A DNA stretch of 64,000 nucleotides, taken from Phoronis australis. Its lineage: Eukaryota > Animalia > Phoronida. The notes under the pieces were generated by a model. The model searched no databases. It saw only the letters and a program-made list of their open reading frames with translations, and was not told where the DNA came from. Every line of letters begins with the position of its first letter. Positions within the stretch are counted from its first letter, which is position 1. Location: the NCBI GenBank assembly GCA_002633005.1, contig NMRA01000083.1:587161-651160 (forward strand), read 5' to 3'. This document shows positions 41,301 to 56,300 of this stretch, in pieces. A program made the translations under genes and the position numbers.

Positions 41301-44300
41301 GATTTGACTTCTACCGTGCAATTTACCCAGTGGAAATTTTAGTTTTTACGTTTTCCTCTGTGTCTTTGGATTCACTTGGCAGTTTTTCATCAAGTTTGAC
41401 AGATTTCTCATTAGAAGGCAATGACATCTTGTGGTTTTCTTATGGGTTTGATGTGTTCTGCACCACCTAGTGACCATTTTTAGTACTTTGTGTCCGTTTT
41501 TTACGTCCGCCTTTCCATCCGCCAAACCGCTTAAAGGACTATTGTGAAAATTGCGTTGCTCTTGTTATTTATTGCCATCATTTCTGTCTGGCATCCCCAA
41601 CTGTATCTTCTAAAACCTTATCAGGGTCATTGTAAAATTTGCTAAGCGTGTTTCTTTGGATGTGACACCCAACAACGACGGCTTTCAGATGATCTGACTA
41701 CCGCTGTGGCCCCCTAGTGGCAATTTCGTTTTTTCCATTTGCTTCTGTATCTTCGTAGTTTAGCTGATTTTCATTAAATTGCCAAGGTTTTTGGGTGAAT
41801 TTGATATATTTTCTGCTAACTAGTACCCATGTTTACAATTTCCGGATCTTTTATGGAATCTGCCCTTTATCTGGAAAACCCGAGAGCTGTGAAAACTCTG
41901 GCACCCCTTTGTGATAGTTTTGATTTTTACGTCTGCACAGTTAAAACCCCCTGTAAGATCTTTTTGAAGTTTGGCAAATGTTTTCCTTAAATCGGACAAC
42001 AGGTGAGTTTTGGACAGATCCGACTACGGATGTGCCCCCTTTACTAAAGCAGCAATTTAAAATTTTTATATGTTCCTTTGTATTTGGATTTTTGACGGGA
42101 TTTTGAAATTTGTTACGTGTAAGTAGGATATTAATAAAGTGACAATGATGCCTTGTTATGTTTGGGCAGATTTGACGTATTCTATTATTTTCATCACTGA
42201 GCCTCTATAACCTAAACCGCTCAAGAGATCAGTATGATAATCGACATGTGTTCCTACTTAGGAGAGCACAGGTGATGATTTTTGGACACGTTCGATTACT
42301 GTGGTGCCCCCAGTGGCGGATTTAGGGGGGCCATGGCCCCCCTTAAGTTCTACCAGATACCATTTGGGAGTTCGGGTGCCAATTGCTGACTAGCACACGC
42401 GCGCAATCAGGGGGCTCGGGGGGCCGAATAAACAATGCATAGGCCTGAACAAACCCTGTTTACCGTTTTTTTTTTTTTTTTTTAGTCAACTGGTCCGCAA
42501 TCCCAAAAATTCGAGACTCCTGCATCCCCACGTTTTAGGCTGGGCGGGCGCGTCTGCCGAAATTTTGGTTACTCCTGTGCCCTGGCCCCCCTAACTCAAA
42601 ATCCTGGATCTGCCCCTAGTAGCTCTTTTGTTTTTAATTGTGGCCCAATATCTACCAAGTTTTTTGATGGTTCTTCATGATTTCCTACTTAGCTCTTCTA
42701 TTATAGCGGAAGAGCAAAGGTGACCAAACTCCAGAAGACAACAAAAATATTTTGAAGTTACAAACAGATTATCAAGAGCTCGTCATAAAGACACGTCAGG
42801 TAACAGCAAAAATTTTGTTTCTGATGACTGATGAAAAGTTATTTAGCACTCTAGAAAATGTCCAAATTTCACCAACTTCGAAACGTCATGTTTCAGAAAT
42901 AGCTGATCCTGTTCATGTGAAACTTTCACACACCATGCTTTGCGCACTGTTGTCTAAAATGTTTCAAGGAATTACCTTAAGAATGTTCCTTTTTTGCATG
43001 AGAGGCTATTAAAAACTATGACTTCTATAATTTTTTTAAAGTTGCATGAAATGAAAAAACGAAATGATAGTTTAGAAATCTGTAACGAAGTTTTTGAGAT
43101 TTTATCTTGAACATTTATACCATTGTTTTCCTACAAATGTGCCTTTCTTTTTTGCTGAAGTTTCCTAAAAACACGTGGTCATGTATCCCAAATGATGACA
43201 ATTTGGTATTAAGTTAATCAAATTCTACAGGCATTCAACTTCCAGGATAAAAAGATACTGAATTAAAACTCGTCAACAAAGTGCTACATAACACTTACAG
43301 AATGCAGTGTATGTTACTTGGCAGTGCTTACAATGCTTAATTGTTCTGCTGTAACTAGTGCGTGTGGAAGCTGCCCATAATTCACCTATTGGATTACACT
43401 TCACTGCCAGTGCACCCTCGGGATATTCATTAATACTATTGAATTATCATCACTAGCTGTGTGAATGCCAGCACAAGTTGAACGAGACAGAGAGACTTGT
43501 GCAGGAGACTGAGCTAAAGTACAGATGCAAGTTGGATGGTCTGAAGAAACAACTAGCTCTTCCCTGGCACCAAGGTATGTTGCTTGAGTACCATGTTTGT
43601 CCGGGTTTAAGCCTCTGGTGAATAGTTTTGGAAATGCACAAATTTTTGTGTGGGCATTGAGTCGAATATGACAAAACACATTGAAAAGTGATAATGTTGG
43701 AAATTTGGAGGAGATTGTTTAGTGGAATGTAATCAATAGGCCAACAGTCAAAAAAGTCGGTATTTAGTTAGAATCCATCTTAGAGTAAATATACAATGGA
43801 CACCAACCATGGAAATAAAAGATGGACAAAGTTTGGTTTATGTCATCTGACCAGTGTTTGTGCTTAAAGTAAATATGCTCATATTTTTGATTTTCTCCCT
43901 CAATCACTGGTGAATGTGACCATTTAGAATTTCTCTGTTGTAGAACTATACACATGTAAACCTCAGTTGAAATTGGTCACTTCTGCAAATCTAACCAATG
44001 GTTGTTGCTAAAAATTGAGCTCAGTAGTCCTAAGCCATAATCCCCAGGTTGTAATGTTGTGCTTTGATAGCATAATGGGGAATAGACATATCTACTTCCT
44101 TGTGCAAACACTAGATGGAGATACTAGTTAATGCTTAACAGCTTTTAAAATTGCTTGAGCAGTAGCTGTGCAGTGGCATAATTTTGCCATTCTTTCTAAA
44201 ATATTTTCTGTCACGGTCTATTATTTAGCCGTTGAAGTTCACTGCCACCTTCTGAGAAAAAACAGATCCGCGGCAATGTTAGATGTTTAGGTGTGCAAAG

Positions 44301-47300
44301 TGCTCATGCTCCATCTGTTGGCTAAAATTACTTTTCACTCGGGTCAGTTGCCATTATGAAATCAGTCTGACTCGTTTTGTTCCTTACTCTGATTAGTAAT
44401 GATTTGTGGTCTTGAGATGAACTGACAGATTGTCATGGTTTCAGACCAATCTCGTTAACTTGCCTTTCATGGTGGAGCAGTAAGGCTGGTAACAGAATAC
44501 CAGGATTTTTCTACACGCAATTCAAACAAATGCAATAACACAATGGCACTCCTTTGAAAAACCAAATACTCATGTGAATAAAGTTTCTTTCTAAGGTTAG
44601 GTAGTGTCGTACAAAAATGTGAAGAAATTGGCCAATTTGGGAACATCATACCTCTGAAGTGGTTGGTCAGGGTCATATGAAACTTTCAGATACTTAGCTT
44701 TGTGCACTATTCTCCAAGTCTTTGTTAGGACTTTAATCATATTAATAAACTCAGAAGTTTCACGAAACAAGAACAAAGTGATAATTCAGAAAACTTTAAC
44801 AGCATTTCTGAGATTTCATCTTGAACTTTTATATCAAATGAAGTTTGGTCATGTTATTGATACCATTGTTTTGCTATGGACGTACCTTTCTTTTTTGCTA
44901 AAATTTAACTAAAAAGACATGGACACGTGGCTCAGTTACGTTACTAGAGGTTAGTATCTAGTTAAAAATCAAATTCTACTAGCTTTCTACTTTCAGAAAA
45001 TATAACATTATACTATTACTGAGTTAAAATGTATGGTTTAGTAGATGTTTGGCTCAATACACAGGCTTGTCAATGAAGGTCCTAAATACCTTTAATGTGC
45101 AGAGGGTGTTTTACTGCAGGCTTTAAGTGTGAGGTGTTGGTTAATCTCCAAAATTTGAAGGCTTTCAATGTATTAATTAATAAAATTGCTGGCAATCTGG
45201 TACACGTCGTACCAGACATGCACTGGACACTCTGGTGGACCCATTGCACTGATGCGCCCACATATTTATAAGTGGACGCATTATGCCGTCATCTCCGTCC
45301 ATCCGTCCGGTGTCTGGCGTCCGCTGCTCTATCTCCAAAACGCTTAGATGTATGTTCATGAAATTTTGCGCATGTGTTTCTTTCATGGATGGGACGGCAC
45401 ATGCGAAGTTTTGGACGGATCTGACTACCGGTGTGCCCCCTAGTGGCAATTTTAGTTTTTTACGTTTACCAGTCTGTATCTTCAAAGGTCCTTAACAGAT
45501 TTTCATAAAATTTTGAATGTAGACCTGACTCGAGGGTCCAGCAGTGTGCCCCAGTGAGGCTTTCAAAATCTCCGTTGTTGTCTTTGGATTAGTTAGCCAT
45601 GTCCAACTTCTTTTGAATGTTACTGTATGCCTACCAGTAATAGACCATTTTGTGACAAAACTTAAAAATAACACATTTAATTAGCCATTATGTGTCAAAG
45701 GTTAATAAAATATGTGCCATTATGACAAAACTTAAAAAATGCCTCTTACAAAGTGTTTTAAAATAGTATACCCATTTTGTAACTGACATATAGACTATGC
45801 TTTTGCAGTCTGAAATTACACATTGAATGTATGTCATTAATTGTGCAGGAGTCATTGATTTAATTAATCATCGACTAATCATATTATTTTTATTGTAGAC
45901 AGGTTATTATTTAAACCTGTCTATAAAAGCTGTTGCTATTTGAACAATGATTTATTGGTGTAGATTAGCTTGATTACTGAGGTGTAAAAAATTAATATCC
46001 CTAATGTAATCACAAACGCACATCAGATGGTTTCTAGTTGATTACCATTTTGTTCATTAGTAGAAATTCCTAGGGTTTATTGAAGCGATATCCTTGACTA
46101 CGAGTCATCCCAGTTTCTCCTGGACGAGTCGTCGTTAGGTTTTCAGTAGCGTGGTCGCACTGGGGGCAACCTAACACACATATGGCAGCTTACGCCAAGG
46201 TAGGGCAAAGGGTACCTTCGCCAGTGCAAGTCGTAGTGTGGACGCAAACCTGCAGACAATGCGGAAGTAATTACTAGCTGTGCACTTGCTCAGTTACACA
46301 CATCGGGGTGTCTAATTTTGTGCCATATTTGTCGCATGGTGTAGTGTGTGTGGACGCTCGGTTGAATGAGAGCAAGTTGCTCTTGGGGCAAGCTGTTCTA
46401 GGGCAACTAGTAATGTGGACAAGACTTATGTCTTGAGTTGTGTTGTTTTCTTCATTTTAACAATCTTAGCTGAGCAGTAGTCAACGTTTATGGATCCACA
46501 TTCATTGTTTGTGCGTACTGCCGCTATTGCAAGCCTTCATAGACGTTTTTTGTCAAAATTTATTTTTATATAACGGGATGGCACTTGCCAAATTTTGACT
46601 AGATTTCCACATTGTGCCATGTTGCCTAGCATCCACATTTTAAGTAGCTTAACCACTAGATTGATCATTGCGAAATTTACAAGAGGCAGTTTAATAAACT
46701 GGGCATGTATGCTCTGAGACTGGGATACATTAGGCTAATTAAGTCTATTAGATGAATGCAGTTATTGCCCGTAGTATGTTATCGTTGACAACATCAATGT
46801 AGATGCACATCCAATGTTTTGCTTTGTTCACTGTACATGTTAAACTTTGAGTTAACATACAGTACATATGCCAAGATTAATTGGTCATACTACTGTGTAT
46901 TTGGTAATGAGCCGTCATGGCGGGCCATTCTAGATTTTCTGATTGTTTGGTGAATTCCTTTTACCCTCAACCATCATGGCATGGAATTCCACATACACCC
47001 AGCTACCATGATGGGGGTATTTCACTTACACTCAACCGTCATGACGATCAGACTTGCATTTACACTCAGCCATTGTGACAGGAATTCCGCTTGCACTCAG
47101 CTATAATGACAGGGGATTCCGTGTCATTTTGTCTGATTATTTTTGACGTATACTGACATAGCTTGAATATGACAGGTGCCTGTGGGAAATAACAGCTATA
47201 TCTGGAAAGGTTCATACTTGTAAACTCCAACCCTAATTTTTATACCGAAACGTGATTCGTAAGTATACCATGGGTGCATTAAAAATATCATTAACTGCAC

Positions 47301-50300
47301 TGTTCACTGTATGACTGTTTTATTATCGTAGGCTCATGGGAGGTATTCAATCTTCAAGTGGATGTTGAGAATGTCACATGTGAAGTAGAAGCCAAAGCAA
47401 GGTTGATTGAAGAGCTACGGAAGGACTTACAATCAGACATGTAAGTGTTGGATTTAACATTATTAATTGCAATGGATGTGTTTCATTTTTTGCGCATTAT
47501 ACTTGCATAGGATTTGATTTTTATTCACAAATTTCATGGATAGAAAAATTCATGAGTTTTTGTTATTCTCTAAGTATTGCTACTGTAATTTGTGTAACAA
47601 TTCATGCAAAACTGTACAATTTGTTTGTTACTGTTTCTCATATTTGTGGATGACTTAGCATGGAACTAGTTCCCAGCAAAATAAGATAATGGTAAAAAAG
47701 TGTCATAGACACTCTAAATCTGGAATTTTTAGATGTAAACCATTAGCGTATTAAAGAGTAAAAACCATTAGAGAAAAGTGCACCTGACAGATGTAGCTTA
47801 TTTTAATGGGAATGTATTCTCACACTTGGCTGTCTTTTTCCATTGTGAGGTGGGTTAAAGACACCGTGTGACATTGAATTTAACTGCGAGTAGTTACCGT
47901 CCATGAAATTCACATTGTAGGTCAGACTTGGGTGTAGCAGAAAGACAACACAGATTAAGTGTGCACCAAACATCATTAGTTCGAATCAAACAAAAACTGT
48001 GCTCATTACAGGAAGAGTTGGACATGGCACTTCATAAACAGCAGGTAAGCACTTGCCACCTGGCGATATCACGCGAAAACTTGCGTGACCTCGCTTATCT
48101 CACAAGAATCTTGCTTTATAGAACAGAACCCTAATGCTGTCTTCTTTGATATCTGCGTTTGAAAATTTTTAAAGGGTAATATTTCCTTTAGTCGCCACCT
48201 ATTGGATGGGGACAGCAAAATTAAATTATACCAGGGTTTTGTTAGGTCTTTCTTAACTTACTGTCCTTTGGTATGACACTTAGGGGGTGTGCAAAACTCT
48301 AAGATAGTTGAATGGCTCATTGGATCATTGACGATTTTATTTGACGATTCTGAAGCGATAGAGCTAACCTCAGCTTACCGTCAAGCAAAGGGCAATCCAC
48401 TTGTAACATAGAGAATTAAGTGTCTGGCCTCCCAAGTCTGCAAGCGCATTGAACAAACGGTAGAAATTTATTTTAAAAAATTATGTTAGACCGCAGTACT
48501 TCCAATGTACACTACATTCATCGAAGGCAAGAAATAAAATGAGACCTCAGTCATGCAATCACTTCTAATCGCTGTGTAGCTGCAAAGCTGGAGCAAGGCG
48601 GAAGTAATTATCGGCTGTGGTTACGTACAGACGGGTCTTTTTTGTGCGCCATATTGTCATCAGCTGTTCATGACCATGCACAGAGGGAGAGCTTCTGCCT
48701 TGTTTTAGTTATTGGATATGTGTGTGACTGGATGCTACTCTTAAAGTGGGGCAAGTTGCACTAGGGTTGGCTGTGTGGACGTGACAGTTGTTACATAACA
48801 TTGATGGCATGCTTTACCAGTAAGGAGTTAACTCTGACAAACTGGTCTCATTAGCTTTCCACACCTTGATAACAAGTGAATTGCCATCAAGATAAATTTA
48901 GAGATTACTTGTGATTTATGTGAAGCCAGCCATTAGGAACCTGACTGTCTCAATGTCACAATTAATGGCTTTTCACATTCATTTTACTTGCCACAGCTAG
49001 ATGAATTTTGACGAAAACCATCATGTTTTTGACGTATACTGTCATGCTGATGAAAATATATTTTTAAAACTAAATGGTACAAATACCTCGCATGTGCTAT
49101 GATCTATTGTCTCTCAACTGGGAGTCCGAGCTGTTAGTTTACTGTGTCTTGTTTTGTTGGAAATCTGACAAGCATTCTACATATTGGTTAATGTCTGGTT
49201 GAATCAGAAATCCAGTAATGCGTTTGGTAACGTATGACTCATTGAAGGTGTCAATCTTGGTGGATGACAGCTTAATAACCACATCATCTGTTGGTGATCT
49301 GAGTTACTTAACTGATCCTATGAAAATGCCATTATTAATTAAACTTTCTAGAAACTTTGTGAGTTCCCTCATTTAAAAGTAACATTTCAGGAGACTAGCC
49401 AATTAAAAGCAGTTTAGCGCAATGTTTTTCAAACAAAATTATTTCGCTTTTCTGAGGAACTGTCCGTGATTGTGAACATAAGCACACAGAACAATCTGTT
49501 TGGGCAGACCTCTCTCCTTAAAGAGTACTTCCAGAAGTTGCTATTTCCCTCTCCCTGGCATTTCTATTACTTTTTTCAATTTTCATAAAAATTCACCGAC
49601 CATAAACTTTCTTCCCCAAGTATACTGTTTGAACTTTTGGAAAGTGTTGGTAAATATAGACGATTCCCAAGTTTGTAATTGTGTATTTTGCTGTTGGATG
49701 TTATTCTTTCACATGTGAGTCATTCTTAATTATCTTCAATTTCTTACTTCAGAGTTCTCCCACAAACCTTTCAAGTTTGGTTGATGCTGGCTGTAGTAAA
49801 TCACTGTGTATGTTGGTGCTGCCATCTAGCGACGAAATAACTGTGTCGCCCGGTTGCCATGGTGAAACTGTGATCGACAGTTTCCCAAGTGGCTGTGGTC
49901 TCAAGCAAGGAGATAGGTAAAATGAGGAATGCATTAGTGCTTTGTCTGTTGACTTCATTAAACTGACCACATTTCACTATCTTGGTAGGAATTCTTGAAG
50001 TTGAGACACTGAACTCTTAATGAAAGTCCATATTTTTGATCTTGAAATAAATGAGTGAATATAGATTAAAAACAGTGTCTGAAAATAGGAATGCTTTAAG
50101 TGTCTATATCATGGTCCAAATTTAAGTAAAATATTCTAAAGAATTAAGTAAGTGCACATTTGTATAATGCATTATAAATTTAGAATTTTCTTCTTCAAGT
50201 TGTGAAATGTTTTAAGTTCATCCACCTTTGTCCTAATTACCAAATTTGTCATTTTTCTGTTTTCCAAAGTCTAATTTCCTTGCTGCAAATAAAAGATTTT

Positions 50301-53300
50301 TAACATGATCTTAACAAATGACTATTTTCACTCTCCTTTTTGTCTTTGAAATGGAGCTTCGCTTACACATGCTCTATGTTCATTACGGGACATATGATGA
50401 ACATAAATTGTATTTCACTACTTAATGGTTATATCAGCATATACTGGAGTCATCCTTATCATCTAACCCTCTTTTTCACCATTTGGATGGTTCCTCAATT
50501 CTTGTAAAGTGTTGTTACTTCATACCCAATGACATTGCTTGCTGGGCCTCTCATTAGTGTTTGTGTCGTGACTCATTGGAGATGACATCCTCATTCAACA
50601 TTCAGTTGGCTGTTTTTGTTTTGTGTCTTAGTATTCCTTATAAGGTCAATTTTTGCGTCACTTTTCTGTCAATTTGATTCACTCTTAACACCAGTACAAA
50701 TTTATTTTTGTATTTATTTCAAACACCCCCTACTACAGTAACAATTATCTTTCATGTTCTACTGTATTTATCTTTGACTGCCCATTTTGTTCATTAGGTG
50801 GCGTATTTCTATGCCCAACTTCCCAGAGGCTGTATTTTTGTTTTGTGTCCATTGTTACATTATAATAAATGACCATTTTTACCACATAATGGAAGGTTTT
50901 TGAAATATTGTTTTATGATATCTACACAGTACAAAACAAACTTGGTCTAAGAATGAAATTTTCATTTGTTGAGAAATTTGACAAAGTAAAATTGCATTAC
51001 CATGTTGTGCTAAGTAGTTTAACAATTTTATATTAAATTTACAAGTTTTGCTAAGAGGCTTCTGTCACATACTGATTGTTTTACAGATGAAATTTTTATC
51101 AGTTGTTAAGTTAAAACAACCATTTTATTTGCAGAATTCTGGAAGTGGACAGTATTAACGTGATGCTACTTACCACAGATAAGATAGAAACATTGTTGAA
51201 CAATGACAAACCAATCAGAGTGTTGGTGTTAAGAGATAAGGAGCCAATTAGAGCCTCGATAACAGAGGATGTGAGTTGTTTGAAAGCCGAACTCTCACTG
51301 GCTCATCAACAACTGGAATTTGCTCAAAAAGACATTACAGAACTTCTCCAGAAAAATGAGAAAATATTAACACAGAGTGAAAAGTATGAAAAGGAGCATA
51401 AAATACTGAAGGATCAGGTGGCATCTTTAAATAAGAAGGTATTATATATTTATAAATCTTTACATTCTTGTTACTTTTTCTGACATCTGCTTGTCATTGC
51501 GTGACATCGCAAAGTGTCATGTTGTTCTTTAACACTAATCGCCGATTGCTGAAGTTTGGCAGAAGTTCACCTCGAAAATTATTCTTGGGAACTATTTTTG
51601 AATGTTTATTGAACCGCATTAAGTTGTATTTTTCTTGTCCACTTGCTTAATCACATCACATGTCACTGATAAAGACACTTCCACTGTTTGCTAATGCTTT
51701 TTCTTCCTGCCAGCTCAAACAGTGGGATGATCGTTGGCGAGACCTGCGCTCCACGCTCTTGGACATGAAGTCTTCAGATATCGACGCTTTACCCCTGACT
51801 CTCTCTCCTAAGTCTTGCAGCCAACCTCAGAAAACAAGAGTCAAGGTAGAACACCAGTCCAATGAGTCTGTTTTGTCATCACTAATGGCTTTGCACTCTG
51901 TCACGGTATTCTCACACGCCCAGATATGATTATCTTGTGCTTTTTAACTCTTATTATTGTGCATTGTATTTTTCGTAATAAACACAAAAAGGTATTCTCA
52001 TGACAAACTATGTCATTCTGTAGTTGGTTACTACTGAACAACCCGGTAGTCCTAAGGTCTTTTAAATTCATTTCTAGAGCTCCATCAACAAACAGCATAG
52101 TTAAGATGTTAGCATTCTCAGTAAGTTCCATAGAACATCAAAGTAACTGCCTTGTGGTGATAGTATCAGTCAAGTTATTACATGGAAACGCTGCAATTGT
52201 AAACTTAGAATTTGCAAGTTTGTCTAATTTTTGAATATGAATAGTCAAGCACGTATATTTGAGTAGTAACCGAAATGAAATGCTTAGTACATTGATTAAT
52301 ATTAGAACAATTTATTTGCAAATGTTTAGCGCTACACATACATTTCTTGTCAAACACAACATTATATATAATTCTCGCGTGATAAATCAGGGAGCTGAGG
52401 GGTTATACTGATGCTTGTTTTGTTAAAATTCGTTCATTTTGATCAGAAATTTGGCTATTCTGTGAATTTAAATCAGTTTATGGAAACGCTTCTGTTTATT
52501 CTCTGTTCAATTTCCACGGAAATAATGAAATTGTTTTAAGTTTTATGGCGCAATATGAACACATTACTAAGGTGAATGAAAGCTATTAATAACCAATAAT
52601 TGTTCATTTTCTGTGATATTGTGATATTCCATCAGTACAAGGCAACAAGGAACAGCTGACTATGAGATACAGTGCATGACAAAAGTAATCAACTACAGTG
52701 CATGACAAAAGTAATCAACTACAGTGCATGACAAAAGTAATCAACTACAGTGCATGACAAAAGTAATCAACTACAGTGCATGACAAAAGTAATCAGACAA
52801 TATACCATTTCCTCGTCATCACAGATAATTCCGTTTACAGCAAAAATGACTGGGAATAATATATGACTTGGGCAACTTATTAACATTCCTGTTACTTCCC
52901 CTTCATTCTCGATGATCAGGGGAGACTACTCTGACAATGAATATAGCTTCCTCCCAGCTGTCATGGAGGGGAATTTCAGGTCTTGGAGGAGATTTTTTTC
53001 AAATGAGACTTTCTTATTTAGTCTCAAAGTGTGTGGAATGGTTCCGCACTTTTTATATCCATTTAGGGCCATAAAAATGGTACGAAACAAATCTATACCT
53101 TACCCTAAACGTGGTTTCAATGTTTTGTTTTTATTTCCTCCGTTAGCACTTTCTTAATTAGTAGTTCAATTTTTGCCATGCGGAATATTCCGCAAATTTG
53201 CTTAATATTCTGCAGATTTTTGTGGATTATTACGCAGATTTTGCGGAATATTACGCTGTCAGCGCGGAATATTACGTAGATTTTGCAGAATATTGTGCAC

Positions 53301-56300
53301 TTGCGGAATGTTATGTATATTTTGTGGAATAATAATAATAATTTATTTTTAAAAATCAATGTGACAGTTGCAGAAGAGTTCCACATGTGGAATGGCTCCA
53401 CAAACAGAAAAGTTTTGCTCAGCCCTAAATTTTTTAAATTTTCTGCCGGTCCAATAAACATGAAATACATTCCATTCTCAATAACACTTGACAGTATAAT
53501 GTGTCCTCTCACAGTAATTAATCAATGTGACAGTTGCAGAACCGTTCCGCATGCGGAACGGTTCTGCAAACAGAATAAATTTTGGAGCACTCAAATTTTT
53601 TAATTCTCATCGTGCCCAATAAAGTTAAAATGCATGATTACTTTTGTCTTGTTCTGTATCATCAGTCATGTTATGCCTGGCTTACAGGTTTATTGCAGCT
53701 GTTCTTGTTCTAATGGCATCTCACAAGGAAAATACGACAATATTTCGCATTCAATTTGACCTTTTTATATAGGGTGTCAGTTACCTAGAAACTAATCAAT
53801 AGAATAACATTGTTATTTGTCATTTAATCCATGATGCACAACCCTACTGTGTTCATTTTCATATATGGTATTACCTCTGTAATTCCTCATTTTTAATTTT
53901 GTGTCCTTCATTTTAACATTAGATCTTACAGTAAATGTAGTCTTCCCATCATAGATGATCTGTAGTTATTGCAACAGAAGCCTTCAATGACCAGTTTTTC
54001 CAGTGTTGCTAACAGTTGACAGTTGAAAGTCTGCAGACTTGATCGAGATTTTGAAATTATGTCTTTGTGATCGATTACGTGGGTAATTATGGTCCCTTGA
54101 TTTTCCAAAACTGGGTCATCTTGTTGCGTTGTTGGTGTAATTGGACATAATTGTACCCTTGTGTTTTGGACATGTTTCCTTCTGACATGGCCGTGTTCAG
54201 GAGACCTTATAGTTTCTTGCAAGAACTTGTAGTACCGTGCAATTTTGCATGAGTGAAAGGCGACTGTTTCGCAAACATGCTCTGGAACCTGCTAGCCTAT
54301 CCTATCAAAATGGCTGAGCCACTGAAGTGAGGTTGGAGTGTTGAAATATGGGATTGAAGTCAGTGTTTCCATTCCATAAGTGAAGATATTTCGCAGCGAG
54401 TGCAGGGTAACATCTCACTGTCTACAGAATTCAACCCACGTCAACTGTAGGCGTGTCCACTTCAGTTGTGGGTGTGTCCACTTCTGTTGTGGGCTTGTCT
54501 TCCTTCTGATTTGGACACGTTCAGTTGGGGGTGTGTCCTAATTGTGCTAGCAGTAATCACATGCCCTGGTTGTAGGATCACGAGCTGTCACAGATGAAGA
54601 ACATGCTCACACATCACGCCAGTCACATTGCCAGGCTGCAGGAGTCACTTAGAGCCAAGGTAGTTCAGCTGCACAGTAGCACCCTACAGCACATTCAACT
54701 GCTTTGCATGCATATAATCTAGATGTTTTAATAATATTTCCAGTCATTTGTATGTATTAAGGTGAGGTTAAGAAGTAATACACTGTATAATTTAATTCTT
54801 TTCTGGGTAGTTTTTGTTTGTTTAAGTGTATTTAATGTTTGTGTTGTCTTAATGCACTTCAATACACAAATATAACAATAATATGTAAAAACTAAAACCT
54901 AATGAAACTATTTTGTTTTGGCAAACCCTTCTTGAAAATTGTAATACCATAATAAGTTTTCAAGCTAGTCTTCTGGAAAACCACTTACTTAAAGTTGTCT
55001 TCTAACTGCCCTTCGTCAAACTAGACAATGTTGTTTTGTGCACTTGAACTTCTAAGAAAAGCTTTTTGTGGAATTTTTGTTACAGAAAAATCTCAACAAT
55101 TTTGGACAAAAGTTAAATCCTAAGTTGCCCAATTTCACTTTTCAAGTACTTTTACCATTGCAGCTATGAATGGCCCTGTGTTTTCAAGATAGTGTGTGGT
55201 TGTAGCTTGTACAGTTTTGAAAATGGCAGTTAAAAGCTTTCAGAAGGAGCCACTTGTTTCTTATGAAAATGTGAGGGATTAAAATTGCCAGTTCCATGGA
55301 TGTCCTGTGTCCTTATAACTTTTTAAGATTTGAATGTAATGATTTTTGGAGAATGATATATTTTGGATCATCTAATTTGGTATAATTTTCAAGCTTAAAA
55401 TACAATTTCCCAACATGAACAATGAATTCCAAGTCGAATTGTTGAATATGTTTCAGGATCTTGCCATTGAAGTGTTATACAAGGAGAAAGAGGGTGTCTT
55501 AGCAAAGTTAAAAGGACAGGAGAACTCAGGTACTGTGTTCTTGTTAATAGAAGTCTTGTGATATTGATAATGATTATTGACTTTAGTCCATTATAATGTC
55601 GTATCCTTCGTGATCTGTCCACAACAAGTTGATACTGGAACAACGCGAGTCTTTGCTAAAGTAAATCAGCTGTACAACCAAAAGGTCATGTAGTACCTTA
55701 TCAACAACTGGCAAATATGAGATTTAAACTCGGTAAAAGTGCAATCTGGAAATAGAAAACCAGTAGAATTTTGATTTTTGAGTCTGCCATTAACTGTTTC
55801 AAGTTAACAAGTTCTTTTTAGTAAAACTGAGCAAAAATGGAAGGAACAGGGATAGCAAGTTAACAGTATTAATAACATTGCCAAATTCTGTTTAATATAA
55901 ATGCTCCTGATGAAATCTCAAAAAATGCTTTAATAGTTTTTTAGATAATCATTTTGTTTTCGTTTTAAGCAACAGTGACTTTAGATTTTTTTCATGAAAA
56001 TCATTAAAGTCCTATTCTTGATAACCCCTCATACAAAAGAGGAACATTTTAAAAACAATTTGCTACAACATATTGGAGAAGAGCCCGTGTATAAAGTATG
56101 GTGTCTGAAAGTTTCATATGAATTTGATTGGCCATTTCTGAGATATAGTGTTCTGAACTTAAGCCAAATTTGGACATTTTTCTATGGTCCTACATAACCT
56201 TGAGACTATTGATGGAATAAAAAATCATGTAGTGTACTATACATTTTAGCAGCTTCCAGTGATGTCCATGAACTTTACCTTGGCTCCATCTTTGTCAAAG

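Noticed and set aside
52668-52795. 26-bp repeats (also the 45- and 60-bp arrays) as CRISPR-like arrays
   Set aside because: Units are head-to-tail with no unique spacers, there are no cas genes, and the context is eukaryotic: these are ordinary minisatellites.
53926-54222. 98-aa minus-strand intronic ORF
   Set aside because: Non-ATG start and no identifiable domain in any frame; cannot be supported as a gene or a transposon protein.
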